Source: Mobula hypostoma (Eukaryota). Taken from it: a DNA stretch of 64,000 nt. Position 1 is the first letter of the stretch. Every line of letters begins with the position of its first letter. The position numbers and the translations under genes are program-made. The stretch lies in assembly GCF_963921235.1 (NCBI RefSeq), contig NC_086097.1, positions 217,188,001 through 217,252,000 of the forward strand, read 5' to 3'. The notes beneath the pieces were generated by a model that saw nothing but the letters and a program-made list of their open reading frames with translations, ran no database searches and was not told the origin of the DNA. Below, piece by piece: positions 22,905 to 35,500 of this stretch.

Positions 22905-23345
22905 TTTCACTACTTCAACAAGTTAGGAACTATAAATAATTTGTAGATATTGACAATCATCTTGAATGCTGCAATAAAAATGAAGATTTGGAGGACGCAA
23001 TCATCGATTGTGTTGTATGAAAGCAGTCCATTATCTATACTAGGTATCTGCGCTGATTTTATTCATTTACAGTCAATCAAAAGAACACTGCAGCGTACAG
23101 GTACAGTGGATGAATTCCTCTGTCGATAACAATGAGGAACTAGTACACAGATTTATACTACTGTAGTAGTATTGATAGTGTTCTAATTTGCCCTTTCATT
23201 TAAATACATAATTTGTTACCCAGTTAAATGCTAGTTTGTATTTTTTAATACCTTTTTAATTATTTCCATGAAACTTCAGCCAATTGGGGCAGTGGCTTAA
23301 TTGGACCAAACTGTATTGGTCCCAATGTATCTCAATTAAGCAAAA
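22905..23345 (+). mobile_element. Partial copy of the Tigger-like MITE at 48925
   Basis: Shares CACTACTTCAACAAGTTAGGAACTA...GATTTGGAGGA..AAATACATAATTTGTTAC with 49310-49730. Confidence 0.7.
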
Positions 23346-23744
23346 TCCTCTGTTCTTATTTTGCTTCTCCTATCAGATTACATTCATAAGTCTGGCTGTT
23401 TATGTTTTGCAGTTGTGGAGACTCTACATTTTTTTAAATGACATATTTCTCATTTCCACTGTTGCTAATGAATTTCTTGCAAATTTTCAATTACAGAACT
23501 TGAGGAATTGCCTTATTTCCTTTAATATTGTATTTTATAGGCAGTCACTATTGTTACACAGGTAAACGTAATAATCGAATAAGAATGTTTGCCTGGTCAT
23601 CGGGTAAACTCTTCCCTCTAACTCAAACATCATAATGAAACCCTTTACATCCAATTCAAAATATAGTAACAGAAAATGGCTGGAGGAACTACATAGATGT
23701 TGCCTGGCCTGAGTTGTTCCAGCATTTTGTGTGCATTGCTTGGA

Positions 23745-24245
23745 CAAGGCCTGCAGCGCGTGGTGAAGACGGCCCAGTGAATTGTCAGGACGGAGCTCCC
23801 AGGACTGGACACCATCTATTCCAGCAGACTCAGGAGGAAAGCAATCAGCATAACCAGAGACACCACACACCCCGGCCACTCCCTGTTTGACCCGCTGCCA
23901 TCCAGCAAAAGGTTCAGGACCCTAAAAGTCAGAACAAGTAGACTGAGGAACAGCTTCTATCCCAGAGCTGTGGCCTCCATCACACCACTCCCACAGAACA
24001 ATGACTGAAACTGTGAGCGCACACATGCACACACAAGGACTCAAATACTTGCACTAATGGCACTTTGTGCATTACTGTGATATTCTGGTGCTGCTGCAAC
24101 TTATTTTCCGTTACTTATCCATTTAATACTGTTTTTCTATTATGGTCTTGTTTTTATCTACCGCTTTATTTAATTGCCTGAGAGGAAGCCAAACAGAGTA
24201 CCTATGTATAATGACAATAAAGATCATTCAATTCAATTCAATTCA
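23745..24245 (+). mobile_element. Rex/Babar LINE 3' fragment inserted into a Penelope terminal repeat
   Basis: LQRVVKTA motif and (ATTCA)n tail. The Penelope repeat stops at 23744 and resumes (GCATCTGCAGA) at about 24246. Confidence 0.7.
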
Positions 24246-24676
24246 GCATCTGCAGATTTTCTCTTGTTCAAAATATATAGTAATGTGCACACTATGATTC
24301 TCCAGTCCTGTACTGGATTATTCTACATCTGACCCTTACGTACTGTATTCAGAATCATAATTTGTTCAAAGCAAAGTGAGTGAGAAGACGCTATTTTCCT
24401 GCAAGTTGATTAGTAACCAGAGGGCACAAGCTGAGCATAAGATAAGGAAATGTTCTCCTTTACTGTAGCAGTTGCTATGATCCTAAAAGTTATCCGAAAA
24501 AACTGAAATTCCTGAAGACCTTATAGATAACCAGACTGAGGTTAATGGTAATTCTTTTAAGAACTGGCATTGGTACAAACGGCCGAGTGGCCTCTTTCGA
24601 CAATAACACATTTTTTTCTTTTGTACTTACTTGTACACGATCAAATATTGTTGCTGGATTTACAATGTGCAATATA

Positions 24677-26170
24677 CAGACATCCCACCTCTCCTGGAAG
24701 TTCCAGGAGTCTCCCACATATTGATAGTGGCTCCCTGACGCCTGCAAATTATATACAATATCCCGGAAATCGATTTTTTTTTGAGCGAGCGAGAGGGAGA
24801 GAGAGAAGAGAGAGAGCGAGTGACAGGCGTACTGAGACAGTGACAGAGAGTTTCCTGATTGGTCTCTCTTTGTGCTAAGTAGACCTATTAGTTTTTTCTG
24901 TGGGTGGGCTTTACAGTTGACCTCTCTCTCTCTCTTTCATTGTCCATCAGTTCAGTTTAGTCTCATGCAGCACCATGGCAGAGTGTTCCAAAAAAAGAAA
25001 ATATAAAACGTACTTCACCCCAGACTACACTAAAGTGTACCCCTGCCTAATAGGGATCAAAAATAATGACAGTATTGCTTGCTGCACTGTTTGCAACAGT
25101 GACTTTTCTATTGCCAATGGTGGGTTAAATGACTGTAAAAGACATGTTGAGGTGAGATTAACAGGTGTCATTCGTTCATTAGCATAGCTAACGTTATTTA
25201 AACTAGCTGGCTTGTGCTACTCTATTGATGTCCTATGTGATAAGTCCAAACTCCCTGTAGACTTGCTTAAAGTTGTCTGAACTAACCTTGAAGGACTGGT
25301 GCCAAACTACAAAAGTTTGCCAGTTGATGAGTTCTGGGGGAAGCTGTACAAAGTAAAATCTGTGAGCACGGGGCAGTTCAGATTCAAAGAGCTGTGCCAG
25401 TTGATGAAGCTGCTTTTGGTGCTGCCAAATTCTAACTGTGATGTAGAAAGGGCATTCTGCATGCTGCGTCACATTAAGGCAGAATTCAGAAGTCAGCTGT
25501 CACACAAAACACTTGTGAATCTGATGTCTTGCAAATTTAACAAATTCATTGACAAAGACTGCTATGAGGTTGAGACTTCCGGCAAAATGCTCAAATCTGC
25601 CAAGCAAGCCACATTACAGTACAAGGACAGTTTGCAAAAGAAATAGAAAAGCTGTTTGCATCAACATTTAGCTTTAGCATTGCGACTGCTAAAAAAATAC
25701 TCAACAAGGAATATATATATATTTGTATGTAAATAGTTTCAATATGTGATCAAATCAATTGTTGTGTTCTTTGATAATCAAACACACGTGTTGGCGCGTG
25801 GCCAAGTACAAACGTAGTGAAGGTTTCTCTGGTGATCCGAAGGTAGCTAGTTCGAGCCTCAACTGAGGCAGTGTGCTGTGTCCATAACCACACATTGCTC
25901 TGCGACGACAGCGGTGCGCTGCCAAGCTGTGTCGCCCCTAGTGCCCTTCCCTTGGACAACATCAGTGGCGTGGTGAGGGGAGACTTGCAGCATAGGCAAC
26001 TGCCAGTTTTCCATACAACCTTCCAAGGCGCTAATCCATGGTCTCACGTGACTAACGGATGCCTGTTATCTATTATTATCATCATCAAATGTCCTGTATA
26101 CATACACTCGTGGAGGTCGACCGGGGGGTGCTACCTCCCTGAAATGAGTTTTTGCAGGGTGGGATGTCTG
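24677..26170 (+). mobile_element. Internally deleted hAT-superfamily DNA transposon
   Basis: 13-bp TIR CAGACATCCCACC at both ends and AATATA duplicated on both flanks. BED-like Zn-finger remnant (CTVC...CKRH, 24975-25151) and hAT dimerisation domain (LPNSNCDVERAF, 25299-25646). Confidence 0.88.
25793..26065 (+). mobile_element. tRNA-headed SINE nested in the hAT element
   Basis: A-box-like GCGTGGCCAAGT and B-box-like AGTTCGAGCC, ending in a TTA/ATC-rich tail. Confidence 0.55.
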
Positions 26171-26199
26171 AATATATCAATCAGTATAATATAGTTGAG

Positions 26200-26560
26200 C
26201 TGACGTATTGTGGGCCACTTTGACCCCCGGTAACTCACACAACTCGTTAATCATGGCCGTTCGGGAGAGGGTTGCTCATCTGTTGAGACAGCTGCAAAGT
26301 GCCTCGTAAGTGACAGTCTCTCGCTGCCGCTGCCGCCGCCGCCCGGGGGCGGGCCATTGGGTTGCTTGGCTAGCGCCAGCTGAACTCAACGGGACCGTAG
26401 GGAATCGGGAATCTGGCCGTCTGGAGACGGGTCGGGGTCGGGGTTAGGGCCGAGCGCTGGTTTATCGGCGCCTTGTGGTTTCGCTCCGCTGCCCCCGGCC
26501 AGCCAGGGCGCTGAGGTTGAGCCAAAGTACTGGTCGTGCGGGCCTCCGGACTTTACTGGC
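26200..26560 (+). promoter_or_regulatory. CpG-rich island over ADHFE1 exon 1 and intron 1
   Basis: Local GC/CpG enrichment, with GC-box GGGGCGGG and ATTGG near 26345-26360. Confidence 0.6.
26253..26305 (+). CDS. ADHFE1: ADHFE1 coding exon 1
   Basis: [17 protein letters not shown], donor GTAAGT. Confidence 0.9.
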
Positions 26561-29500
26561 ATCAGTACAACCAGATGAAATTTATAAAAATGTCACTCTT
26601 AAGTTCGAACCACAACACCCGCAAACTTTTTTTTTCCCCAGTTTGCTGACACCGAGAGTCTGGGCTGCTACTAGATAACAGGAGAGGTGGCTACGGCCCT
26701 GTCGCCGCGCATAACCTTGCAGCTTGGTCTACTGTTAACGCCAACGGCAATCTCACAGATTTGGAAACAAAACATAGCAGGTTGGGCTGCACTTGTGCAG
26801 GCAGAATTCTTCAATGTCTCAGTATGTTGCTCTGTCGTCAGAACAACAATATTTTTAAATAAAACATGAAAAGATTTCCCGTTGATGCTAGATGTTGTTG
26901 ATTTCAACAATTGTACTGCAATTCATTCAGCCGCAAGCGCAATATCAATGGTAGGCAATTTAGTAACAACCTGACACTTAATGGGCAACTGAAGCATATC
27001 ATACTTGATCTATAATTGTATATACAGGTCCAGTCATTTTGAAACAAGACCCCTATGCATAGAATTACTAGAAGCTGGCCATACTACCAGGTGACTTCCA
27101 TCCCTTTTCATTGACCTTCAGCGTAACCTATATTCTACATTTTGTTTACTTTTATATTCATCTATATTCTTTATTTCAAGTATTCCTTGTGATAAGGGGT
27201 GGGAAGTTCAAGGGAGATATTAGAGGAAGGTTTTTTTACTCAGAGAGTGGTCGGTGCATGGAATGCACTGCCTGAGTCAGTGGTGGAGGCAGATACACTA
27301 GTGAAATTTAAGAGACTACTAGACAGGTATATGGAGGAATTTAAGGTGCGGGGTGGGGGTTATATGGGAGGCAGGGTTTGAGGGCCGGCACAACATTGTG
27401 AGCCGAAGGGCCTGTACTGTACTATTCTGTGTTCTATGTTGAGTTCCATATTCTCATCTCTCTCTGGGTAAAACAGTTTCTTGAGAATTGACATATTAAT
27501 TTGGCAGTGATTATCTTGTACTTATCCTGACAGTTGGACAGTTCCCAATCTCCCATAGTGTCCTTTTTAGACTCTTGTTAAGTTATCCAGCTGCCTACCA
27601 CCTCCTTCATGGTTCCACCTCCTTCTACTATCCATTGTGTTTTTCCCTATTCTTTCTTCACATTTCCTGCCTATCACCTCCCTGCCTCCCGCCCCCACCC
27701 CTTTATCTTTCCCTTTACTGGTTCTTCACCTGGAACCTACCAGCCTTCTCCTTCCCACCTTCTTTATAGGGCCTCTGCCCCTTCCCCCTACAGTCCTGAC
27801 GAAGGCTTCTGGCCCGAAACGTCGACCGATCTTTTCCACGGATGCTGCCCGACCTGCTGAGTTCCTCCAGCGTGTTGTGAGTGTTGCTTTGACCCCAGCA
27901 TCTGCAGATTATTTTGTGTTAAGTTATCCATTTGTCTCCTGATTTCCAGTGAAAAGAACTAAACCAGTTCAACCTTTTAAAGTCCTTTTTGCATCTTCAA
28001 TGCTTTTGCATTTTTTAATCATTGTCACATGATTGAGTGTTAAAGGTTACAGGAGAATGGATTGGGAGGGAACAATAAATCGGCCGTGATTGAATGGCAG
28101 TTAGACTCAAGGGGCTAAATGGCCCAGTTTTGCTCCCATGTCTGATGGTCCCTTTTGCGATATCGAAAACAGGACCATGTGCGGTAATGTAAGAAGGATT
28201 TAATCAAGGTATTTGATGTGTCTTCTCTGACATTCTGTTCTGTCCTTCTAAAGAAGTGAAAAGTACGTGACCTGAATTATTAGTTTGAATTGTTGCTTCA
28301 AGTGATGTATGTGACTCTAGATCCCTTGGTGTGTCTGTTGTCTTTAGGTTCCTATTATCTAGGAATATAGAGGTTTTATTTCTAACTACATGTAACAGCA
28401 TTATTCTTATTTGTATCAAAATTAATTTGCCATACACAGTCTCATTCTGCAAGGTTATTAATGTCACAGTTTTCCAAAGTATTAACTCTTAGCATCTACA
28501 AATTTTGAAATTATAAATCCAGTTGTGCTAGCACCAATCACTGCAGAATATCCTTATCAATATTTGATGGTTTGAGTAACAGTACTTAACCTTACTCTGT
28601 TTTGCAGTCAATTTGCTTTGTCTTGTCTTCTGATTGTATACATGCTGACTTTTTTTCATAAGCCTAAGTAGCAGTGTCTTACTGAAGACCTATAATGGCA
28701 GTGACTATGTTTCCAGACGTACCTTATTTGGTCTAATGTATTTGTGGTATCCTAAGGATATGAGAAAAGATGTACTGTATGTATGCATGTCTTTCTATCC
28801 TTGGCTATTCACACTGTTCCTCCTTCAAGAAATTCAAAAGATTGGTCAGGCATTACTTTTCCTTAGATCACACTGTAGAACAGCAGCAACAGATGTCCTT
28901 CCCAGTCTCGTCAATTCTGCCATTGAAATTTAAACAGTGAAAACTGATTAATGTTTCATGGCAATGAACTTTTAATAAAGCCCACAACATTTCTTTCAGT
29001 TCTATTGAGGGATTATCCAGCGGAAATGTTAATGCTGTTCCTTATCCTGCCATGCTTTTCAATTACTTTTTTTAAATTTCCTATTTCCAGGGTCTGTAGC
29101 ATTTTATTTTCGAAACAATGATCTGTTGGTTACTCAGTTTTAATTGTGCACTAATATATTATAGTGAACAGGAGCCACATTATTGATGGACTAAAATTAC
29201 AGAGCAGTGGACTTTTGAAATTCTGTTTTTCGGATACAAACTTTTAAGTTTGTTTAATTGAATTGCTACACAGTGCTTTGAAGTAGAGCAGGGGTAAAAC
29301 AATAACAATGAAGTTTAAAGTGTAACAGCTACAGAGAAAGTGCAGATAAACAATTATTGGGAAGGTTATTATAATTTTACTGAGCTAGTCATCAAACTCT
29401 GCTGTGAAATTTCTGTTGTAAATATAAACATTTGTCTTTTTTTTAATCCTCTGATAAGTTCCTATAGAAATGGCAACTTGTACCTACCACATAAGAAAAA

Positions 29501-32500
29501 AAGCTGTCTGCAATTTGAAGTGGAGGCATTCTGAATTCAACCAGAAATTGGAATGAGTATCCTTCAAGGAGTAAACTTTAGAAACATAGAAAACCTACAG
29601 CACAGTATAGGCCCTTCGGCCCACAAAGCTGTGCCGAACATGTACTTACTTTAGAAATTACCTAGAGTCACGTATAGCCCTCTATTTGTCTAAGTTCCAT
29701 GTACCTGTCCAAGAGTCTCTTAAAAAACCCTATCATATCCCGCTGCACCACCATCACCGGCAGCCCATTCCACGCACTCACCACTCCCTGCGTAAAAAAA
29801 ACTTACTCCTGACATCTCCTCTGTATCTACTCCCAAGCACCTTAAAATTGTGTCCTCTCATGTTCGCCATTTCAGCCCTGGGGAAAAGCCTCTGACTATC
29901 CACACGATCAATGCCTCTCATCATCTTATACACCTCTATCAGGTCACCTCTCATCCTCCGTTGCTCCAAGGAGAAAAGGCCAAGTTCACTCAACCTATTC
30001 TCCTAAGGCATGCTCCCCAATCCAGGCAGCGTCCTTATAAATCTCCTCTGCACCCATTCTATAGTTTCCACATCCTTCCTGTAGTGTGGTGACCAGAACT
30101 GAGCACAATACTCCAAATGGGGTCTGACCAGTCCTATTTAGCTGTAACATTACCTCTCGGCTCTTGAACTCAATCCCACGGTTGATGAAGGCCAGTACAC
30201 CATATGCCTTCTTAACCACACAGTCAACCTGCACAGTAGCTTTGAGTGTTCTATGGACTCGGACCCCAAGTCCCCTCTGATCCTCCACACTGCCAAGAAT
30301 CTTACCATTTATACTATATTCTGCCATCATATTTGACCTACCAAAATGAACCACCTCACACTTATCTAGGTTGAACTTTACCCTGTATTTACAAGTTTGG
30401 TGTAGATACACACCTCAAAATACTTTCTAATAACACAGAAATTGAAAAACAGCCTGTTGTTTTATACCAATATACTGTAGATTAAGTTTTAGAACAACAG
30501 TTTGGACATTTTAATGCAGGACTATTGAGAAATAAATATTAAGTGCAAGTTTATTTGAATGCTTTTAAAAGCAACATGGATTGAATATTTTTTCTTATTT
30601 CACCAGATGTCGATGTCCTGCTCACTCTCAAACCTACTCACAAGGTAAGATTCTGTTACAAGGCTGTGAATACAGCCCCAGTGCCATCAAATGTTCATCA
30701 TATGATAACCTTTTCATTCTCTTGAATCATCCTTGTGAACCTCCTCTGAACCCTCTCCAATGCCAGCACATCTTCTCTTAGATAAGGACCCCAAAACGGT
30801 TCACAATACTAAAAGTGAGGCCTCACCTGTGCCTTATAAAGCCTCAGCATCATATCCCTACTCTTATATTCTAGACCTCTTAAAATGAATACTAACATTG
30901 CATTTGCCATCTTCACCACTGACTCAACCTGCAAGTTAACCTTTAGGGTGTTCTGCACAAGGACTCCCAAGTCCCTTTGCATCTCAGATTTTTGGATTTT
31001 CTCCCCGTTTAGAAAACAGTCTACTCATTTAAATTCTTCTACCAAAGTGCAAGACCATGCATTTTCCAATATTGTATTTCATTTGCCACTTTCTTGCCTA
31101 TTCTCCTAATCTGTCTGTCCTTCTGTAACCTTCCTGTTTCCTCAACACTACCTGCCCCTCCACCAATCTCCGTATCATCTGCAAACTTGGCAACAAAGCC
31201 ATCTATTCCATCACCTGAATCATTGATATACAGCATAAAAAGAGTGGTCCCAACACCGAACCCAGCGGAACACCACTAGCCACTGGCAGGCAACCAGAAA
31301 AGGATCCTTTTATTCCCATTCGCTGCCTCCTACCAATCAGCCAATGCTCTAACCATGTTAGTAACTTTCCCGTAATACCATGGGCTGTTAACTTGGTAAG
31401 CAGCCTCATGTGTGGCACCTTGTCAAAGGCCTTCTGAAAGTCCAAATATACAACAACAATCACAACATCCCCTTTATCTATCCTACTTGTACTCTCCTCA
31501 AAGGATTCAACAGGTTTGTCAGGCAAGATTTTTCCTTAAGGAAACCATGCTGACTTTGTCCTATCTTATCCTGTGTCTCCAAGTACTACATAACCTCATC
31601 CTTAACAATTGACTCCAATATCTTCCCAACCACTGAGGTCAGGATAACTTGTCTATAATTTCCTTTCTGCTGCCTTTCACCTTTCTTAAAGAGTGGAGTG
31701 ACATTTGCAATTGTCCAGTCCTCTGGCACCATGCCAGAGCCCAATGATTTTTGAAAGATCATTACTAATGTCTCCACAATCTCTACTGCTACCTCTTTCA
31801 GAACCCTAGGATGCAGTTCATCTGGTCTGGGTGACTTATGCACCTTTAGGTCTTTCAGCTTTTTGAGCACCTTCTCCCTTATAATAGTAACTGCACTCAC
31901 TTCTCTTCCCTCACACCCTTCAACAGCTGGCACAGTGCTAGTGTCTTCCACTGTGAAGACTGATGCAAAATACTCATTTAGGTCATCTGTCATCTACTTG
32001 GCTCCTGTTATTTTACTTTTTAATAGTTTTATATGATAAAAGAATGTGAAATTGATCTCTCAGAAGAGAAGAGGACACAGTACAGTACTGGATTACTAAA
32101 ATTATGTAAAGAATTTAGGCCCAGAAGTTCACAATACTTGATAGATTTGAGATAACAATGATATAAGAATGATTGGAAGTTATGAGCTTACTACTGATGT
32201 TTTTGTGTTTCAGCACCGGGACATGTTACAACCAGAGCAACAGACTATGCTTTTGAGGTACATATAATTCACCAAATGTCCTCTGATTTTTTTTTACAAC
32301 TTTTATTCACTTGATCAGTTATAATGCAGATAAACTCTATCACAATATGGTAACATATTTTCTTTCTCCAAACTGCCAATCTCTGTACATCTTGGTTCTG
32401 TTTTAGATGGCTTGTTCGAATATCCGATATGGAGAAGGAGTGACAAATGAAGTTGGTATGGTAAGGGAATTTATTCAAAAGCCTTCATTAAGACTTAAAC

Positions 32501-35500
32501 TTCATTGAGTAAGTTTGAACAATAATTCAACACTCATCTGCAACAATTCTGGACGTTCAGTGCATCAGAATCAGAATCTGGTGCATTTAATGTCAGAGAA
32601 ATGTATACAATATACATCCTGAAATTCTTTTTCATGGGCATATGTAATGAAACTTGTTGTTTTACATAATAATAGGGAAAAGCTGTGAATTTACAATGAG
32701 TATATAAAATAGTTAAATAGTAGTGCAAAAATAGAAACAAAAAAGTAGTGAGGTAGTGTTCATGGGTTCAATGTCCATTCAGAAATTGGATGGCAGAGGG
32801 GAAGAAGCTGTTCCTGAATCATTGAATATGTAGCTTCTGATTTCTATACATCCTACCTGGTGGTAGCAATGAGAACAAGGCATGGCCTGAGTGATGGCAT
32901 CCTTAATGATGGACGCCGCCTTTTTGAGGCATCGCGCCTTTAACATAACCAGGATACTACAGAGGCTAGTGCCGATGATGGAGCTGACTAAGTTTACAAC
33001 TCTCTGCAGCTTATTTCAATCCTGCGCAGTAGCCTCCCCCGCCCCCTGCCCTATACCAGACGGTGATGCAGCCAGTTAGAATGTTCTCCATGGTACATCT
33101 GTAGACATTTGCAAGTGTCTTTGGTGTCAAACCAAATTTCTTCAAGCTCCTAATAAAATATAGCTGTTGTGCCTTTTTGCAGCTGTATCAATATGTTGGG
33201 TCCAGGTTAGCTCCTCAGAAACCCAAGCACTTTGAAATTGCTCACTCTTCACTTCTGATCCCTCTGTGAGGATTGGTTTATGTTTGCTTGTCTTACCTTT
33301 CCTGAAGTCCATAATCAGTTCTTTGGTCTTACTGACATTAAGTGCAAGGTTGTTGCTGTAACATGACTCAACCAGCTGAGAAAACTCCCTCCTGTACGCC
33401 CTCTCATCACCATCCAAAACTCTGCCAACAATAGATGTATCATTAGCAAACTTATAGATGGTATTTGAGCTACGCCTAGCCACACAGTCATAGGTGTAGA
33501 GAGAGTAGAGCAGTGGGTAAACACACACCCCTGAGGTGTGCCAGTGTTGATTGTCAGCAAGAATTGTCTAAGGATATGTCTGTGGTGTTTTTTTTTTGAA
33601 ATGCATCACTCTTCTGTACAACACTATTGAAGACATACATCAATAGAGTCATAGGCATATTGTGGGAAAAGAAAATACATTCAGTAACTTGGTATGTAAA
33701 ATATTACTGGAAGCCCACAGAATATCTGTGGAAAGAGAAACAATTTTGGGTCACAGAAATTCTTTGATTCATTTTAATAACTATCTTCCATCGTGCTACC
33801 CATAGTACTGACTTATTTGTCAAACAAAATCAGCGATTGAAACATAGTCCCTCCATCTTTGATGTCCCAGAAGTAATTGCAATGATGCATTATTGAATGC
33901 GGGTAATGTCCTTGATCCAGCTCCATCATTCTGGTAAGATGGCCTCTCTGGAACCAACCAAAGGTGTAATTGTTCATCCTTTACATATTAGTAGGGAAGT
34001 GGTGTTAGGTAAATTGAAGGGATTGAAGGCAGATAAATCCCCAGGGCCAGATGGTCTGCATCCCAGAGTGCTTAAGGAAGTAGCCCAAGAAATAGTGGAT
34101 GCATTAGTGATAATTTTTCAAAACTCGTTAGATTCTGGACTAGTTCCTGAGGATTGGAGAGTGGCTAATGTAACCCCACTTTTTAAAAAAGGAGGGAGAG
34201 AGAAACCGGGGAATTATAGACCGGTTAACCTAACGTCGGTGGTGGGGAAACTGCTGGAATCAGTTATCAAAGATGTGATAATAGCACATTTGGAAAGCGG
34301 TGAAATGATCGGACAAAGTCAGCATGGATTTGTGAAAGGAAAATCATGTCTGACGAATCTCATAGAATTTTTTGAGGATGTAACTAGTAGAGTGGATGGG
34401 GGAGAGCCAGTGGATGTGGTATATTTGGATTTTCAAAAGGCTTTTGACAAGGTCCCACACAGGAGATTAGTGTGCAAACTTAAAGCACACGGTATTGGGG
34501 GTAAGGTATTGATGTGGATAGAGAATTGGTTAGCAGACAGGAAGCAAAGAGTGGGAATAAACGGGACCTTTTCAGAATGGCAGGCGGTGACTGGTGGGGT
34601 ACCGCAAGGCTCAGTGCTGGGACCCCAGTTGTTTACAATATATATTAATGACTTGGATGAGGGAATTAAATGCAGCGTCTCCAAGTTTGCGGATGACACG
34701 AAGCTGGGTGGCAGTGTTAGCTGTGAGGAGGATGATAAGAGGATGCAGAGTGACTTGGATAGGTTGGGTGAGTGGGCAAATTCATGGCAGATACAATTTA
34801 ATGTGGATAAATGTGAAGTTATCCACTTTGGTGGCAAAAATAGGAAAACAGATTATTATCTGAATGGTGTCCGATTAGGAAAAGGGGAGGTGCAACGAGA
34901 CCTGGGTGTCATTATACACCAGTCATTGAAAGTGGGCATGCAGGTACAGCAGGCGGTGAAAAAGGCGAATGGTATGCTGGCATTTATAGCGAGAGGATTC
35001 GAGTACAGGAGCAGGGAGGTACTACTGCAGTTGTACAAGGCCTTGGTGAGACCACACCTGGAGTATTGTGTGCAGTTCTGGTCCCCTAATCTGAGGAAAG
35101 ACATCCTTGCCATAGAGGGAGTACAAAGAAGGTTCACCAGATTGATTCCTGGGATGGCAGGACTTTCATATGAAGAAAGACTGGATGAACTGAGCTTGTA
35201 CTCGTTGGAATTTAGAAGATTGAGGGGGGATCTGATTGAAACGTATAAAATCCTAAGGGGATTGGACAGGCTAGATGCAGGAAGATTGTTCCCAATGTTG
35301 GGGGAGTCCAGAACGAGGGGTCACAGTTTGAGGATAAAGGGGAAGCCTTTTAGGACCGAGATTAGGAAAAACTTCTTCACACAGAGAGTGGTGAATCTGT
35401 GGAATTCTCTGCCACAGGAAACAGTTGAGGCCAGTTCATTGGCTATATTTAAGAGGGAGTTATATATGGCCCTTGTGGCTACGGGGATCAGGGGGTATGG

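Noticed and set aside
24975..25646. Spliced, domesticated BED plus dimerisation mini-gene from the hAT remnant
   Set aside because: Joining the 25151 donor to the obvious AG at 25260 is out of frame with the dimerisation ORF. The catalytic core is deleted and the TIRs are intact, as expected for an ordinary non-autonomous element.
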